In this document: positions 39,046 to 47,933 of the stretch, one piece after another | Layout of the letters: every line of letters starts with the position of its first letter | Numbering within the stretch: the first letter of the stretch is position 1 | IMG/VR virus record: IMGVR_UViG_3300010882_000012 | DNA: 64,000 bases | Source: a virus | Lineage: Duplodnaviria; Caudoviricetes | Strand: one strand, 5' to 3' | Made by a program: the position numbers and the translations under genes | The notes under the pieces: generated by a model | What the model saw: only the letters and a program-made list of their open reading frames with translations | What the model was told of the DNA's origin: nothing | Database searches by the model: none

Positions 39046-40537
39046 GAATGAACTACTTTCTTTTATAGAATGGACTGAAGAAAAATTATCAAGAGAGTTA
39101 AAGAATAGGTCATTATTTGAGATTTTTAATGAACATTGTGAAAAATATGCAGAGTATAAAACAGCTAAAGAAATAGTAGATGAATTTCAACATACTAGTT
39201 TTTTAATAGATACACCAGATGGATTTCAAGAAATTGGTGATTTTTATGTTAAGCATAAACGCAATATTCATCATGTGATATTTGAAAATTACCAAATTAA
39301 AGTTTCATCAGATCATCTTCTTGAGACTAAATCTGGATTTAAGCATACTAAAAATCTTAAAAATGGTGATGAAATTTTAACAAAATTAGGATTTATACCA
39401 ATAATTTCAAATGATATTGTTTCATTTGAAGAAGTTTATGATTGGGAAGTTTTACACAAAAATCACAGATATTGGTGCGATGGAGTTTCTTCGCATAATA
39501 CAGGTAAAACGTTTTTGGCGCTTAATCTTTGTAGAGGTGCACAAAAGAAAGGATATCACATAATTTACTGTGATACAGAGGCAGCAGTAGATGAGAAACA
39601 ATTCAGAAAATTTGGATTAGATCCCGAAAAAGTTAGGTATCAGCCTGTTAATACACCAGCAGAGTTTAAGTTCTTTGTTTCTAACCTCTTAAAACAATTG
39701 AAAGATGCTCGTGCGGCAGGTAAGCAAGTTCCTAAAATTATGATGGTACTCGACTCACTTGGAAATCTTGCTACATCTAAAGAACGTAATGATGCTTTAG
39801 AAGGTAAAGAAAAAAGAGATATGACAAAACAACAAGAATTACGTTCTCTTTTTCGTATTATTACAATGGATTTAGCAGAGGCAAAAATTCCATTTGTGTT
39901 AACTAATCATAGTTATGCAGCGGTTGGTGCCTATGTTCCTACCGATGTTTTTGCAGGTGGCGGCGGTGCACTTTACAATTCTTCATTCATTGCTTTTCTT
40001 TACAAAGCGCAACTTAAAGAGGATAAGCCAAAAGATGATGAGAATAGTGATGTAGATATGAAAGCAACAGGAATTGTTGTACGGTCAAAACCTCACAAAT
40101 CAAGATTTGCAAAACCAATTCAGATTAGATTTCACATCTCATTCTTTAAAGGCATGAATCCCTATGTTGGTCTTGAAGATTTCATTTCTTGGAAAAATTG
40201 TGGAATTGAAAAAGGTAACTTGGTTTCAAAATCTGAGTATGAGAAACTAACTCCAGGAGATAAAGCAAAAGCAGATGTTTTTGAGTTTAACGGAAAAACC
40301 ATGTACTTTGTACCAAAAGCAAGTGCAATGCGTTATATCGTAAAACACTTGGGAGATGGAGTTAAAGCAAATCAACTTTTTACACCGGAAGTTTTCACAG
40401 AAGAAGCTCTTAGAGAACTTGATGAAAAAGTTATTAAACCTACTTTCATGTTGCCAGATGTTAATGATATCTACGAAATTGATGATTATGTTGATGAAGA
40501 GTTAGAAGAAACAGAAGAAAATTTGATAGAAGATTAA
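39026..40537 (+). CDS. uvsX: 158-aa C-intein fused to UvsX/RecA C-terminal fragment
   Basis: IDTPDG...SSDH...VYDWEV...SSHN|TGKT, then DTEAA, LDSLGNL, TNH, GGGG. Confidence 0.9.
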   Translation: MNELQIKNELLSFIEWTEEKLSRELKNRSLFEIFNEHCEKYAEYKTAKEIVDEFQHTSFLIDTPDGFQEIGDFYVKHKRNIHHVIFENYQIKVSSDHLLETKSGFKHTKNLKNGDEILTKLGFIPIISNDIVSFEEVYDWEVLHKNHRYWCDGVSSHNTGKTFLALNLCRGAQKKGYHIIYCDTEAAVDEKQFRKFGLDPEKVRYQPVNTPAEFKFFVSNLLKQLKDARAAGKQVPKIMMVLDSLGNLATSKERNDALEGKEKRDMTKQQELRSLFRIITMDLAEAKIPFVLTNHSYAAVGAYVPTDVFAGGGGALYNSSFIAFLYKAQLKEDKPKDDENSDVDMKATGIVVRSKPHKSRFAKPIQIRFHISFFKGMNPYVGLEDFISWKNCGIEKGNLVSKSEYEKLTPGDKAKADVFEFNGKTMYFVPKASAMRYIVKHLGDGVKANQLFTPEVFTEEALRELDEKVIKPTFMLPDVNDIYEIDDYVDEELEETEENLIED

Positions 40538-40764
40538 TGACACGAAATATCACAATAATCGTAGATAAAGTTTGGTTGAATTATCATGAAGATGATGTTT
40601 TAAGTTTTCAATATCCAATAGAATGGACTTTAGAAGAAAAAGAAAGCTGGAAAGAAAGAAATGATGATTTAATTTTAATGTTTCAAAATACCGCCAAAAA
40701 TGCTATGGAAAAAATGAAGGAAGAAAAAATTTTTGATGTAGATGGAACTGAAATTAAATCGTAG
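40537..40764 (+). CDS. Hypothetical protein
   Basis: Coupled ORF. Confidence 0.55.
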   Translation: MTRNITIIVDKVWLNYHEDDVLSFQYPIEWTLEEKESWKERNDDLILMFQNTAKNAMEKMKEEKIFDVDGTEIKS

Positions 40765-41077
40765 TAAGTTAAAACTGAAACACTTTCTTAATGTGCAAAA
40801 AGAATGCAAAAATTATCCGACTGATGAAGATTATCTTTACGAATTAATTAGTGCACTTGAAGAAAATGATATGTTGTATGAACCATTTACATCAACTTTC
40901 TCAAAACGTAATGTCAAAAGTTTTACCAAATCTCTACCAGAAGATGATGAAGAAAAACCATTAGTTAAACATCTTGAAAAATTAAAGAGTTTAACAGAAG
41001 AAGGAATTTTAGAAATGATAGAAGAAGGTGGAGTTAATAAATCAAAATTTAAACTAAAAACACATCCCTGGTTATGA
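40742..41077 (+). CDS. Hypothetical protein
   Basis: Coupled ORF. Confidence 0.6.
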   Translation: MELKLNRSKLKLKHFLNVQKECKNYPTDEDYLYELISALEENDMLYEPFTSTFSKRNVKSFTKSLPEDDEEKPLVKHLEKLKSLTEEGILEMIEEGGVNKSKFKLKTHPWL

Positions 41078-41313
41078 TAGCAATACCTGTTCCATTAGCA
41101 ATACTTGTCTTTTTTATTGTACTTTTTGCTATAATGATAATTGTAGCAAGAAATTGGGAAGCAAGAGATTTTAATAATGGCTTTTGTCCTCATTGTGGTA
41201 GAAAATTAAGATACTTTGACTCTGACAGTCAAGGTGGTAGAGGATACCGTTGTGATGCTTGCGAGTACACAACTTGGTGTTCATATGCAGTAGACAAAAA
41301 TTACGAAAATTAA
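41074..41313 (+). CDS. Membrane-anchored Zn-ribbon protein
   Basis: N-terminal hydrophobic helix; CPHC...DSQGGRGYRCDAC. Confidence 0.65.
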   Translation: MIAIPVPLAILVFFIVLFAIMIIVARNWEARDFNNGFCPHCGRKLRYFDSDSQGGRGYRCDACEYTTWCSYAVDKNYEN

Positions 41314-41315
41314 GA

Positions 41316-42047
41316 ATGATACCAAATCACTTAGAGAAGATCATTTTTCACAATATCCTTGAAAATAAAGAGTACATTAGGGTAACAAAAGCAGAATTTT
41401 TTGATTCTCCAAATTATTCTGATTTGTTCAAATGTGCCGCCGGATTTATTGAGAAGTACAATCAAACTCCTACAAAGGAACAAATGGTTGAACTTGCAAA
41501 AATTGGAGGTCTTGAAAAGATTAATCGAGATTTCATTGAAATTGTATTCAATTGTGACAAATCAGCATATGATAAAGAATGGTTGCAAGAATCAACAGAA
41601 GCTTGGATTGAATCTAAAAAACTTGAAAAAGCTGCAAATCAATTAGTTACCTATCTTAAAACTACAGATATCTCAATAGAAAATGTTAAGAATGTAGTGG
41701 AAACTTCAAGAGATATTATCATGAATGGTACTAATCTTGATTTAAAATTTGATGAAGGTCTTGACTTTTTTAATCCTGAAAGCCATAGACAACCATTAGC
41801 AGATACTTTTAGTTCTGGATTTCCATATGTTGATTTAGTTCTTGGAGGTGGTTGGTATTCAAAAGCTTTGTTTGTACTTTGCGGACAACAGAAAGTTGGT
41901 AAGTGTTCAAAAGGTACAACAAAAATTACTATTAGAAACAAAAAAACAGGGGAAATTAAGAAAATTTCATTGAAAAAATTTCATGAGTTAACTAAAAAAT
42001 TAAATCCTACTTTTTGTAGACCAACATTCCAAAATAATCTGGAATAA
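41316..42047 (+). CDS. gp41: Replicative helicase gp41 N-terminal fragment fused to 47-aa N-intein (likely start ATG 41316)
   Basis: SGFPYVDLVLGGG...GQQKVGK|CSKGTTKITIRNKKTGE; intein Cys codon at 41904. Confidence 0.88.
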   Translation: MIPNHLEKIIFHNILENKEYIRVTKAEFFDSPNYSDLFKCAAGFIEKYNQTPTKEQMVELAKIGGLEKINRDFIEIVFNCDKSAYDKEWLQESTEAWIESKKLEKAANQLVTYLKTTDISIENVKNVVETSRDIIMNGTNLDLKFDEGLDFFNPESHRQPLADTFSSGFPYVDLVLGGGWYSKALFVLCGQQKVGKCSKGTTKITIRNKKTGEIKKISLKKFHELTKKLNPTFCRPTFQNNLE

Positions 42048-42056
42048 ATAGTAAAA
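42031..42056 (+). promoter_or_regulatory. Putative late promoter for the endonuclease; overlaps stop codon of helicase-N
   Basis: AAAATAATCTGGAATAAATAGTAAAA. Confidence 0.8.
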
Positions 42057-42057
42057 G

Positions 42058-43215
42058 ATGTTAACTATGAAAAGTACAAAAAGATTTAACCGATATTCAA
42101 TAGAAGATCAAATGGAACGTTTTAATTTATCAAAAGAACAAGCAGAAGAAAAAGTTAAAAAAATTAAACATCAAAATTCTGAATCTTCTAAAAACAAGAT
42201 GAATGTTGAATGGCAAATGGAACGTTTTAATTTATCAAAAGAACAAGCAGAAGAAAAAATTAAAAGAATTAGTAATGCATACTCAACATATCAAAAAACA
42301 ATAAATGTTGAATGGCAAATGGAACGTTTTAATTTATCAAAAGAACAGGCAGAAGAAAAAATTAAAAGAATTAAAAATGAAAAATCTTCAATTTTATCTA
42401 AATTAAAGAATAATGACTATGAAAAATTTTTAACAATTAATCCTAATAATAAAGAGCATTGGATTAAAAAAGGATTTTCATTAGAAGATGCAACAATAAA
42501 AGCACGACAATTTACTAAAGAAAATTGTCAAAATATGCGTAATACCTACGAACAAATTAGAGAAGAAAATCCCGGTATTCATAAAAATTACAATTCAGCT
42601 TGTTTAGAATATTGGCAAAATCAAGGATATACTATAGAAGAATCAATTGAATTAAGAAGTAAACGTCAATCAACATTTTCTTTAGAAATTTGTGTTGAGA
42701 AGTATGGAACTGAAATTGGATTTCAAATTTGGAAAGAAAGAAATGAAAATTGGTCAATAAAAATTGAAGAAAAATATCAAAATGGCGAATTTTCTAGGAT
42801 ACCAAAAAATCCACTATCGACATCTTTTTCTAATAAAGAGATTAATTTAATTAAAGAATTAGTTCAAGTTTTAAAACTTGATGAAAAACAATACTATTCA
42901 ATAATAAATGGAAAACAATTTGGTAGATGGAGCACTGAATTAAAAAGAGGATTTTCTTTTGATTTTGTTTTAAAAGAAAAATTTAAAATTATTGAATTTT
43001 TTGGTGATTATTGGCATTGTAATCCAAGGTTTTATGATAGGAATTATTTTCACAAAAAAATGAAATGTTTAGCAGAAGAAAAATGGGAACAAGATAAAAT
43101 TAAGGAAGATTTTATTAAAAAAGAAGGATTTGAAGTTTTTGTTGTTTGGGAGTATGATTATGATACAGATAAAGAAACTATTTTAAATAATTGCGTAAAA
43201 TTTTTAAAATCATAA
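42058..43215 (+). CDS. Free-standing putative homing endonuclease (Vsr-like) between helicase halves
   Basis: Three QMERFNLSKEQAEEK repeats; TFSLEICVEKYG; FDF...IIEFFGDYWH...VFVVWE. Confidence 0.82.
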   Translation: MLTMKSTKRFNRYSIEDQMERFNLSKEQAEEKVKKIKHQNSESSKNKMNVEWQMERFNLSKEQAEEKIKRISNAYSTYQKTINVEWQMERFNLSKEQAEEKIKRIKNEKSSILSKLKNNDYEKFLTINPNNKEHWIKKGFSLEDATIKARQFTKENCQNMRNTYEQIREENPGIHKNYNSACLEYWQNQGYTIEESIELRSKRQSTFSLEICVEKYGTEIGFQIWKERNENWSIKIEEKYQNGEFSRIPKNPLSTSFSNKEINLIKELVQVLKLDEKQYYSIINGKQFGRWSTELKRGFSFDFVLKEKFKIIEFFGDYWHCNPRFYDRNYFHKKMKCLAEEKWEQDKIKEDFIKKEGFEVFVVWEYDYDTDKETILNNCVKFLKS

Positions 43216-43219
43216 TAAA

Positions 43220-44296
43220 ATGAAATTATCAGATATTACAGAAAAAAAATTTGAAGAATTTTTTGAAATTTCGGATTGGGAAATTGAAACAGATACAGGA
43301 TGGGAAGATATTAAAGGAATTGGTAAAACTATTCCATATCAAGTTTGGTTTTTAAAAACTTGGGGATTTGAATTAGAATGTGCAGATAATCATATCGTTT
43401 TTGATGAACAATTTAACGAACTTTACGTTTATGAATTAAAAGTTGGTGATAAAATAATGACTGAATTTGGACCTCAAGAAGTATTGAAAATTGAAAAAAC
43501 CAATGAAATTATTGAGATGTATGATGTTCAAGTTAGTTCGGATAATCATCGTTATTACACAAATGGAATTCTTAGTCATAATTCAATTTTTTTAGCAAAT
43601 TTGGCAGCAAATGCAGTTAAATTAGGATATAATTCAGCTGTAGTTTCTTTAGAAATGGCAGATCGAAAAGTTGTTAAAAGACTTGGTGCTAATCTTCTTA
43701 ATGTTACAATGGGAGAGTATGCACAGATTGCAGAAGATCAAGATTTAATTCGTAAGAAACTTGCAACTATTGGAATGGAAAATTTCAAACAACCGGGGCA
43801 GCTTTTTGTTAAAGAATTTCCAACTTCTGCTGCAAGTATTAAGGATGTTGAAAGATGGTTACTAAAAATGGAACAGATGAAAGGAATTAAATTTAAAACC
43901 GTTTTTATTGACTATATCAACATCTTAGCAAACTGGAGAAATCCAAATTCAGAAAATACCTACATGAAGGTTAAACAAATTGCAGAAGATATGAGAGCTA
44001 TGGCAATTAGAAACAATTGGGCAATAATTAGCTTAACACAAACAAACAGAGGAGCTTTTAATACTTCAAGTATGAGCATAACTGATATTGCAGAATCTTC
44101 TGGTCTTGGTGCTACTGTAGATGCAATGTTTGGTATTGTACAAGATGAGATAATGCATGCTAATAATGAGTACTTTTTGCAGACACTTTTGAATAGAGAT
44201 GAAGGTTACAAAAACTCGCGCAAACGGTTAACTATTAACTATTCACACATGCGCTTAGAAGAAACTTTAGACGATATTATTACAGACGTCTACTAA
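43220..44296 (+). CDS. gp41: 121-aa C-intein fused to gp41 helicase C-terminal fragment
   Basis: ETDTGW...CADNH...MYDVQV...YYTNGILSHN|SIFLAN, then SLEM, IDYIN, TQTNR, AES. Confidence 0.9.
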   Translation: MKLSDITEKKFEEFFEISDWEIETDTGWEDIKGIGKTIPYQVWFLKTWGFELECADNHIVFDEQFNELYVYELKVGDKIMTEFGPQEVLKIEKTNEIIEMYDVQVSSDNHRYYTNGILSHNSIFLANLAANAVKLGYNSAVVSLEMADRKVVKRLGANLLNVTMGEYAQIAEDQDLIRKKLATIGMENFKQPGQLFVKEFPTSAASIKDVERWLLKMEQMKGIKFKTVFIDYINILANWRNPNSENTYMKVKQIAEDMRAMAIRNNWAIISLTQTNRGAFNTSSMSITDIAESSGLGATVDAMFGIVQDEIMHANNEYFLQTLLNRDEGYKNSRKRLTINYSHMRLEETLDDIITDVY

Positions 44297-44310
44297 AAAC
44301 AGAATAGAGA

Positions 44311-44820
44311 ATGAAACTATTTGATGAAGATAATCCATTAGATGAAATAGAACCAAGTTTTGAAAACATGGATGAACAAACTGAAATAGAGAATAATAAC
44401 AATAATGATGGAGAGTTTGAATTTCAATTGTTTGGAACTTTTGCAGTAGATGAAAATTGGATGACCAAAAATTATTCCGAATTAAGATACTTGCATGAAA
44501 CTTTTGAAATGGAAAAATTGAAAAACAATCTCTATGATATTTTTGTAGAATCAAGATTTTACGAAAAGTACAAAGATTATAGTTCTAAAGTAACTAAGCA
44601 AGATTTGTTAGATATCTTTTTACACTTTTACGAAAATATTGAAGATGGAGACAGGTATTCAGAAATGGACAAATTTTGTGAGATTGCAGACTTCTTTGGA
44701 ATTAATTACGATTTACTTTACAAAGAGATACCAATTACAATAAAGCAAAAATTAATAGTTGATATGGATGAAAAGTATCAAATGTTAAATGGTGGTACTA
44801 AAGTTAAAAAATTGTTTTAA
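44311..44820 (+). CDS. Hypothetical protein, possible gp33-like late transcription co-activator
   Basis: C-terminal helices resemble gp33; ends KKLF. Confidence 0.4.
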   Translation: MKLFDEDNPLDEIEPSFENMDEQTEIENNNNNDGEFEFQLFGTFAVDENWMTKNYSELRYLHETFEMEKLKNNLYDIFVESRFYEKYKDYSSKVTKQDLLDIFLHFYENIEDGDRYSEMDKFCEIADFFGINYDLLYKEIPITIKQKLIVDMDEKYQMLNGGTKVKKLF

Positions 44821-44821
44821 T

Positions 44822-45136
44822 ATGGCAAATGTTAATTTTGTTAAGATATCAGAAGTTTTTTACAATCAAAAAGAGGAAATACCAACAGATTTTGGCATAA
44901 AGTTAGAAAGGATAAAAGAAGAATTATTGAATGTTCTTAATAGTTTTCAATTTCAATTCATGGATAAAGCTACTATGAATGAAATTGAAAATAACATGAG
45001 AAAAGTAATAGACAAATTTGAAGTTACTTGGGCTCGTTTTAAAGTAATCCCAAATTATGATGATTGTAGTGTAAGTTTAGAACCATGCAATTTTGAAACC
45101 TACTTGCTATTTAAAAATTTTAAGATGTGTGATTAA
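44822..45136 (+). CDS. Hypothetical protein resembling tail-sheath C-terminal domain
   Basis: IKEELLNVLNSFQFQFMDKATMNEI versus sheath IEETVEDILSNYIFEFNDASTRLEI. Confidence 0.45.
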   Translation: MANVNFVKISEVFYNQKEEIPTDFGIKLERIKEELLNVLNSFQFQFMDKATMNEIENNMRKVIDKFEVTWARFKVIPNYDDCSVSLEPCNFETYLLFKNFKMCD

Positions 45137-46229
45137 GACAGAGATAAAAAGAGTTTGGTTGCTAGCAGATTTGCATTTTGGTGTAAGAACTAATTCATTA
45201 GAATGGTTAGAGATACACAAAGATTACTTCTATAATTTCTTTATCCCAATGCTAAAGGAAAAGAAAAAAGAAGGTGATGCTTTGTTTGTACTTGGAGATA
45301 TTTTTGAATCTCGTCAATCTCTTAACATTCGAGTTCTTAATGAAGCTATTAACATTTTTATCGAACTTTCAAAAATAATTCCAATTTACGTTATTGTTGG
45401 AAATCATGATAGTTTTGCACGTAATTCTCTTGACATCAATTCTTTAATTGTTTTTAAGAATATTGACAATATTACAATTTTTGATAATCCTGATGTTTTA
45501 GAAACACAATTTGGACAGAAACTTTTAATGATGCCTTGGATTGAATCCAAAGAAGAAGAGTTAAAATGCCTTAATTCAAATCAAGCCGATTATCTTTTTT
45601 GTCATACAGATTTTCAAGGAATCATGTTTAACAAAAAAGTAGAAATTGAAGAAGGTCTTGAATTAAAAGCAGTTTCAAAATTTAAAAAAGTGTACTCAGG
45701 ACATATCCATCTTTCACAAAAGAACAAGAATGTTTTTATGATTGGTTGTATTTTCCCATTAACTCGTAATGATTTAGGAGATACAAAAAAGATAGTTATT
45801 CTAGATTTTGAAACAGGAAAAGAAACTATTATTAATAACAATTATTCACCTAAATTTTTAAAGTACACTATTGATGGATTACTTGAAAGAACTTTTGAAA
45901 ATTTTGAAAAAGAAATTCAGAATAATTTTGTGGATATTATCATAGATAGTACTTGGACAACTAAATTTCCATTTTCAAACTTAATGGATTCTGTTTCCGG
46001 ATACAAAAAACTAAACTACATTCTCTCTACTTTACAACGAGATGGTGATGGAGATGAATTTGATGAAGATGTTGTAGATGGAGAAATGGATATTGAAGAT
46101 TTGACTGAATTTTACATCCAAAATCTCAACTATTCAGAAGATTTTAAAAAATTGTTATTGGAAACATCAACTAAACTTTACAAAAAAGGTGTGAAATACC
46201 TTGAAGAAAAAACAATTGAGATAGACTAA
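45093..46229 (+). CDS. gp47: Mre11/SbcD-like nuclease
   Basis: DLHFG, LGDIF, VGNHD, FCH, SGHIH. Confidence 0.92.
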   Translation: MKPTCYLKILRCVIKTEIKRVWLLADLHFGVRTNSLEWLEIHKDYFYNFFIPMLKEKKKEGDALFVLGDIFESRQSLNIRVLNEAINIFIELSKIIPIYVIVGNHDSFARNSLDINSLIVFKNIDNITIFDNPDVLETQFGQKLLMMPWIESKEEELKCLNSNQADYLFCHTDFQGIMFNKKVEIEEGLELKAVSKFKKVYSGHIHLSQKNKNVFMIGCIFPLTRNDLGDTKKIVILDFETGKETIINNNYSPKFLKYTIDGLLERTFENFEKEIQNNFVDIIIDSTWTTKFPFSNLMDSVSGYKKLNYILSTLQRDGDGDEFDEDVVDGEMDIEDLTEFYIQNLNYSEDFKKLLLETSTKLYKKGVKYLEEKTIEID

Positions 46230-47896
46230 TGCGCATAACTAAATTGGCATGGAGAAATTTTTCATCATATGGAAACAAATTACAAGAATTAGACCTTGAT
46301 GAACCGGGGATGAAACTTTTAATTGGAGAAAATGGAGCAGGAAAGTCAACAATTTCAGATGTTGTAATTTTTTCTCTTTATGGTAAATTACCTAACAAAA
46401 AACAAAAGGATATTGTAAACCGGTTTAATAATAATCTCTACACTAAGATAGAACTTGAACACTATAATAGCCATATTGTAATTGAAAGAGGTGTGACACC
46501 AAATTTCATTAATCTTACAGTAAATGGCAAGCCATATGATGTTGCCGGAAAACGTAATATTGAAGACTATTTAGAGGAAGAGATTTTTAAAATACCATTT
46601 TACGTTTACACTAATCTCATTACTTTGAGTATTAATGACTTTCAAAGTTTCATTACAATGGGTGCTAAAGCAAAAAGAGATTTAATTGACAAAATCTTCT
46701 CTTTGCAAATTATCAATGTTATTCGTACTTTAATTCGTGAAGAAATCCGTAAAACTTCAGAAGATGCAGCAATACTTTCTAATGAAATTGATGCACTTGA
46801 AATTACAATCCAAACATCTGAAAAAGAACTTACTAAGCTTAAAAAGCAAATTGAGATTAATGCTATTTCAGAAAAACAAGAAACTTTGAAAAACATTGAA
46901 AATTACAACAAAAATCTTGAAGAACTTGCTGGAAAATTAAAAGAGATTGGTGAAAAGTATGAAAAAGCAGAAGATAAGATTCAAGATCTTAATGAAATGT
47001 TAACAACTAACAAACAGAAAAAGAAGGGGATAGAAGAGAAAAAGTTATTGTATGAAAATCAAAAATGTCCACTTTGCCAATCTGATTTAGAAACGGATTT
47101 CCACAAGCATTTGTTAAAAGGTTACTTAGATGAAGAAATGCAGATTAATGAGAATATTGAAGCAACTAAAACATCAATTGAATCCTACAAAAAAGTTAGA
47201 AATCAAATTGGTACAATGATTACTAAGATGAATTCTAAAAAATCTGAGTTTACTACTTTAATTAGTAATTTTAACAAAAAGCTGAAAGAACTTGATAACT
47301 TGAAAGATAACTCAATGGAAACTAATTCTATTGAAAAAATTATTAACGAGTCAAGAAAACGAAAAGTAACTACAACAAAGAAAAAGGATAATACTGTAAA
47401 CAAAACCAACTTTTTCAAGATATTAGAAGACATCTACAGTGAGAGTGGCGTGAAACAGTTGGCTTTACAGAAAATACTACCAACTTTAAATTCTGAAATT
47501 CGTAAAGTAATGATAGACTTAAAGATGGATTACAAAGTAGTTTTCAATATCAATTTTGATGCAGAAATTAGTCATCTTGGATATGAAGTTTCCGCACAAC
47601 AGATTTCAACCGGTGAAAAAAAGAAGATTGATTTTGCAATTTTGATAGCTTTAATTAGACTAATGAAAATTAAATTTCCAACTATTAACATGATGTTTTT
47701 AGATGAACTCTTTAGTAGTATTGATCAAGATGGAATTTTTCACATCATTCAAGTTTTAGCACAATCTTCAAAAGAATTAGGTCTTAGTATTTTTGTTGTT
47801 AATCACAGTCCTCTTCCAGAAGAGTTGTTTGATTACAAAATTGAAGCAAAAAAGGTTAATAACTTTTCTTCACTCAATATTGAGAAATTAAACTAA
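46229..47896 (+). CDS. gp46: Rad50/SbcC-like ATPase
   Basis: GENGAGKS, CPLC hook, ISTGE signature, FLDE. Confidence 0.93.
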   Translation: MRITKLAWRNFSSYGNKLQELDLDEPGMKLLIGENGAGKSTISDVVIFSLYGKLPNKKQKDIVNRFNNNLYTKIELEHYNSHIVIERGVTPNFINLTVNGKPYDVAGKRNIEDYLEEEIFKIPFYVYTNLITLSINDFQSFITMGAKAKRDLIDKIFSLQIINVIRTLIREEIRKTSEDAAILSNEIDALEITIQTSEKELTKLKKQIEINAISEKQETLKNIENYNKNLEELAGKLKEIGEKYEKAEDKIQDLNEMLTTNKQKKKGIEEKKLLYENQKCPLCQSDLETDFHKHLLKGYLDEEMQINENIEATKTSIESYKKVRNQIGTMITKMNSKKSEFTTLISNFNKKLKELDNLKDNSMETNSIEKIINESRKRKVTTTKKKDNTVNKTNFFKILEDIYSESGVKQLALQKILPTLNSEIRKVMIDLKMDYKVVFNINFDAEISHLGYEVSAQQISTGEKKKIDFAILIALIRLMKIKFPTINMMFLDELFSSIDQDGIFHIIQVLAQSSKELGLSIFVVNHSPLPEELFDYKIEAKKVNNFSSLNIEKLN

Positions 47897-47898
47897 GG

Positions 47899-47921
47899 AA
47901 AATCTGGAATAGATAATAAAA
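47899..47921 (+). promoter_or_regulatory. Putative late promoter variant
   Basis: AAAATCTGGAATAGATAATAAAA. Confidence 0.65.
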
Positions 47922-47933
47922 AGAGTAGTATTA

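Noticed and set aside
37786-43215. Self-splicing introns explaining the uvsX and helicase interruptions
   Set aside because: ORFs overlap or abut with no non-coding RNA core, and clear intein termini (C...HN-S/T) are present
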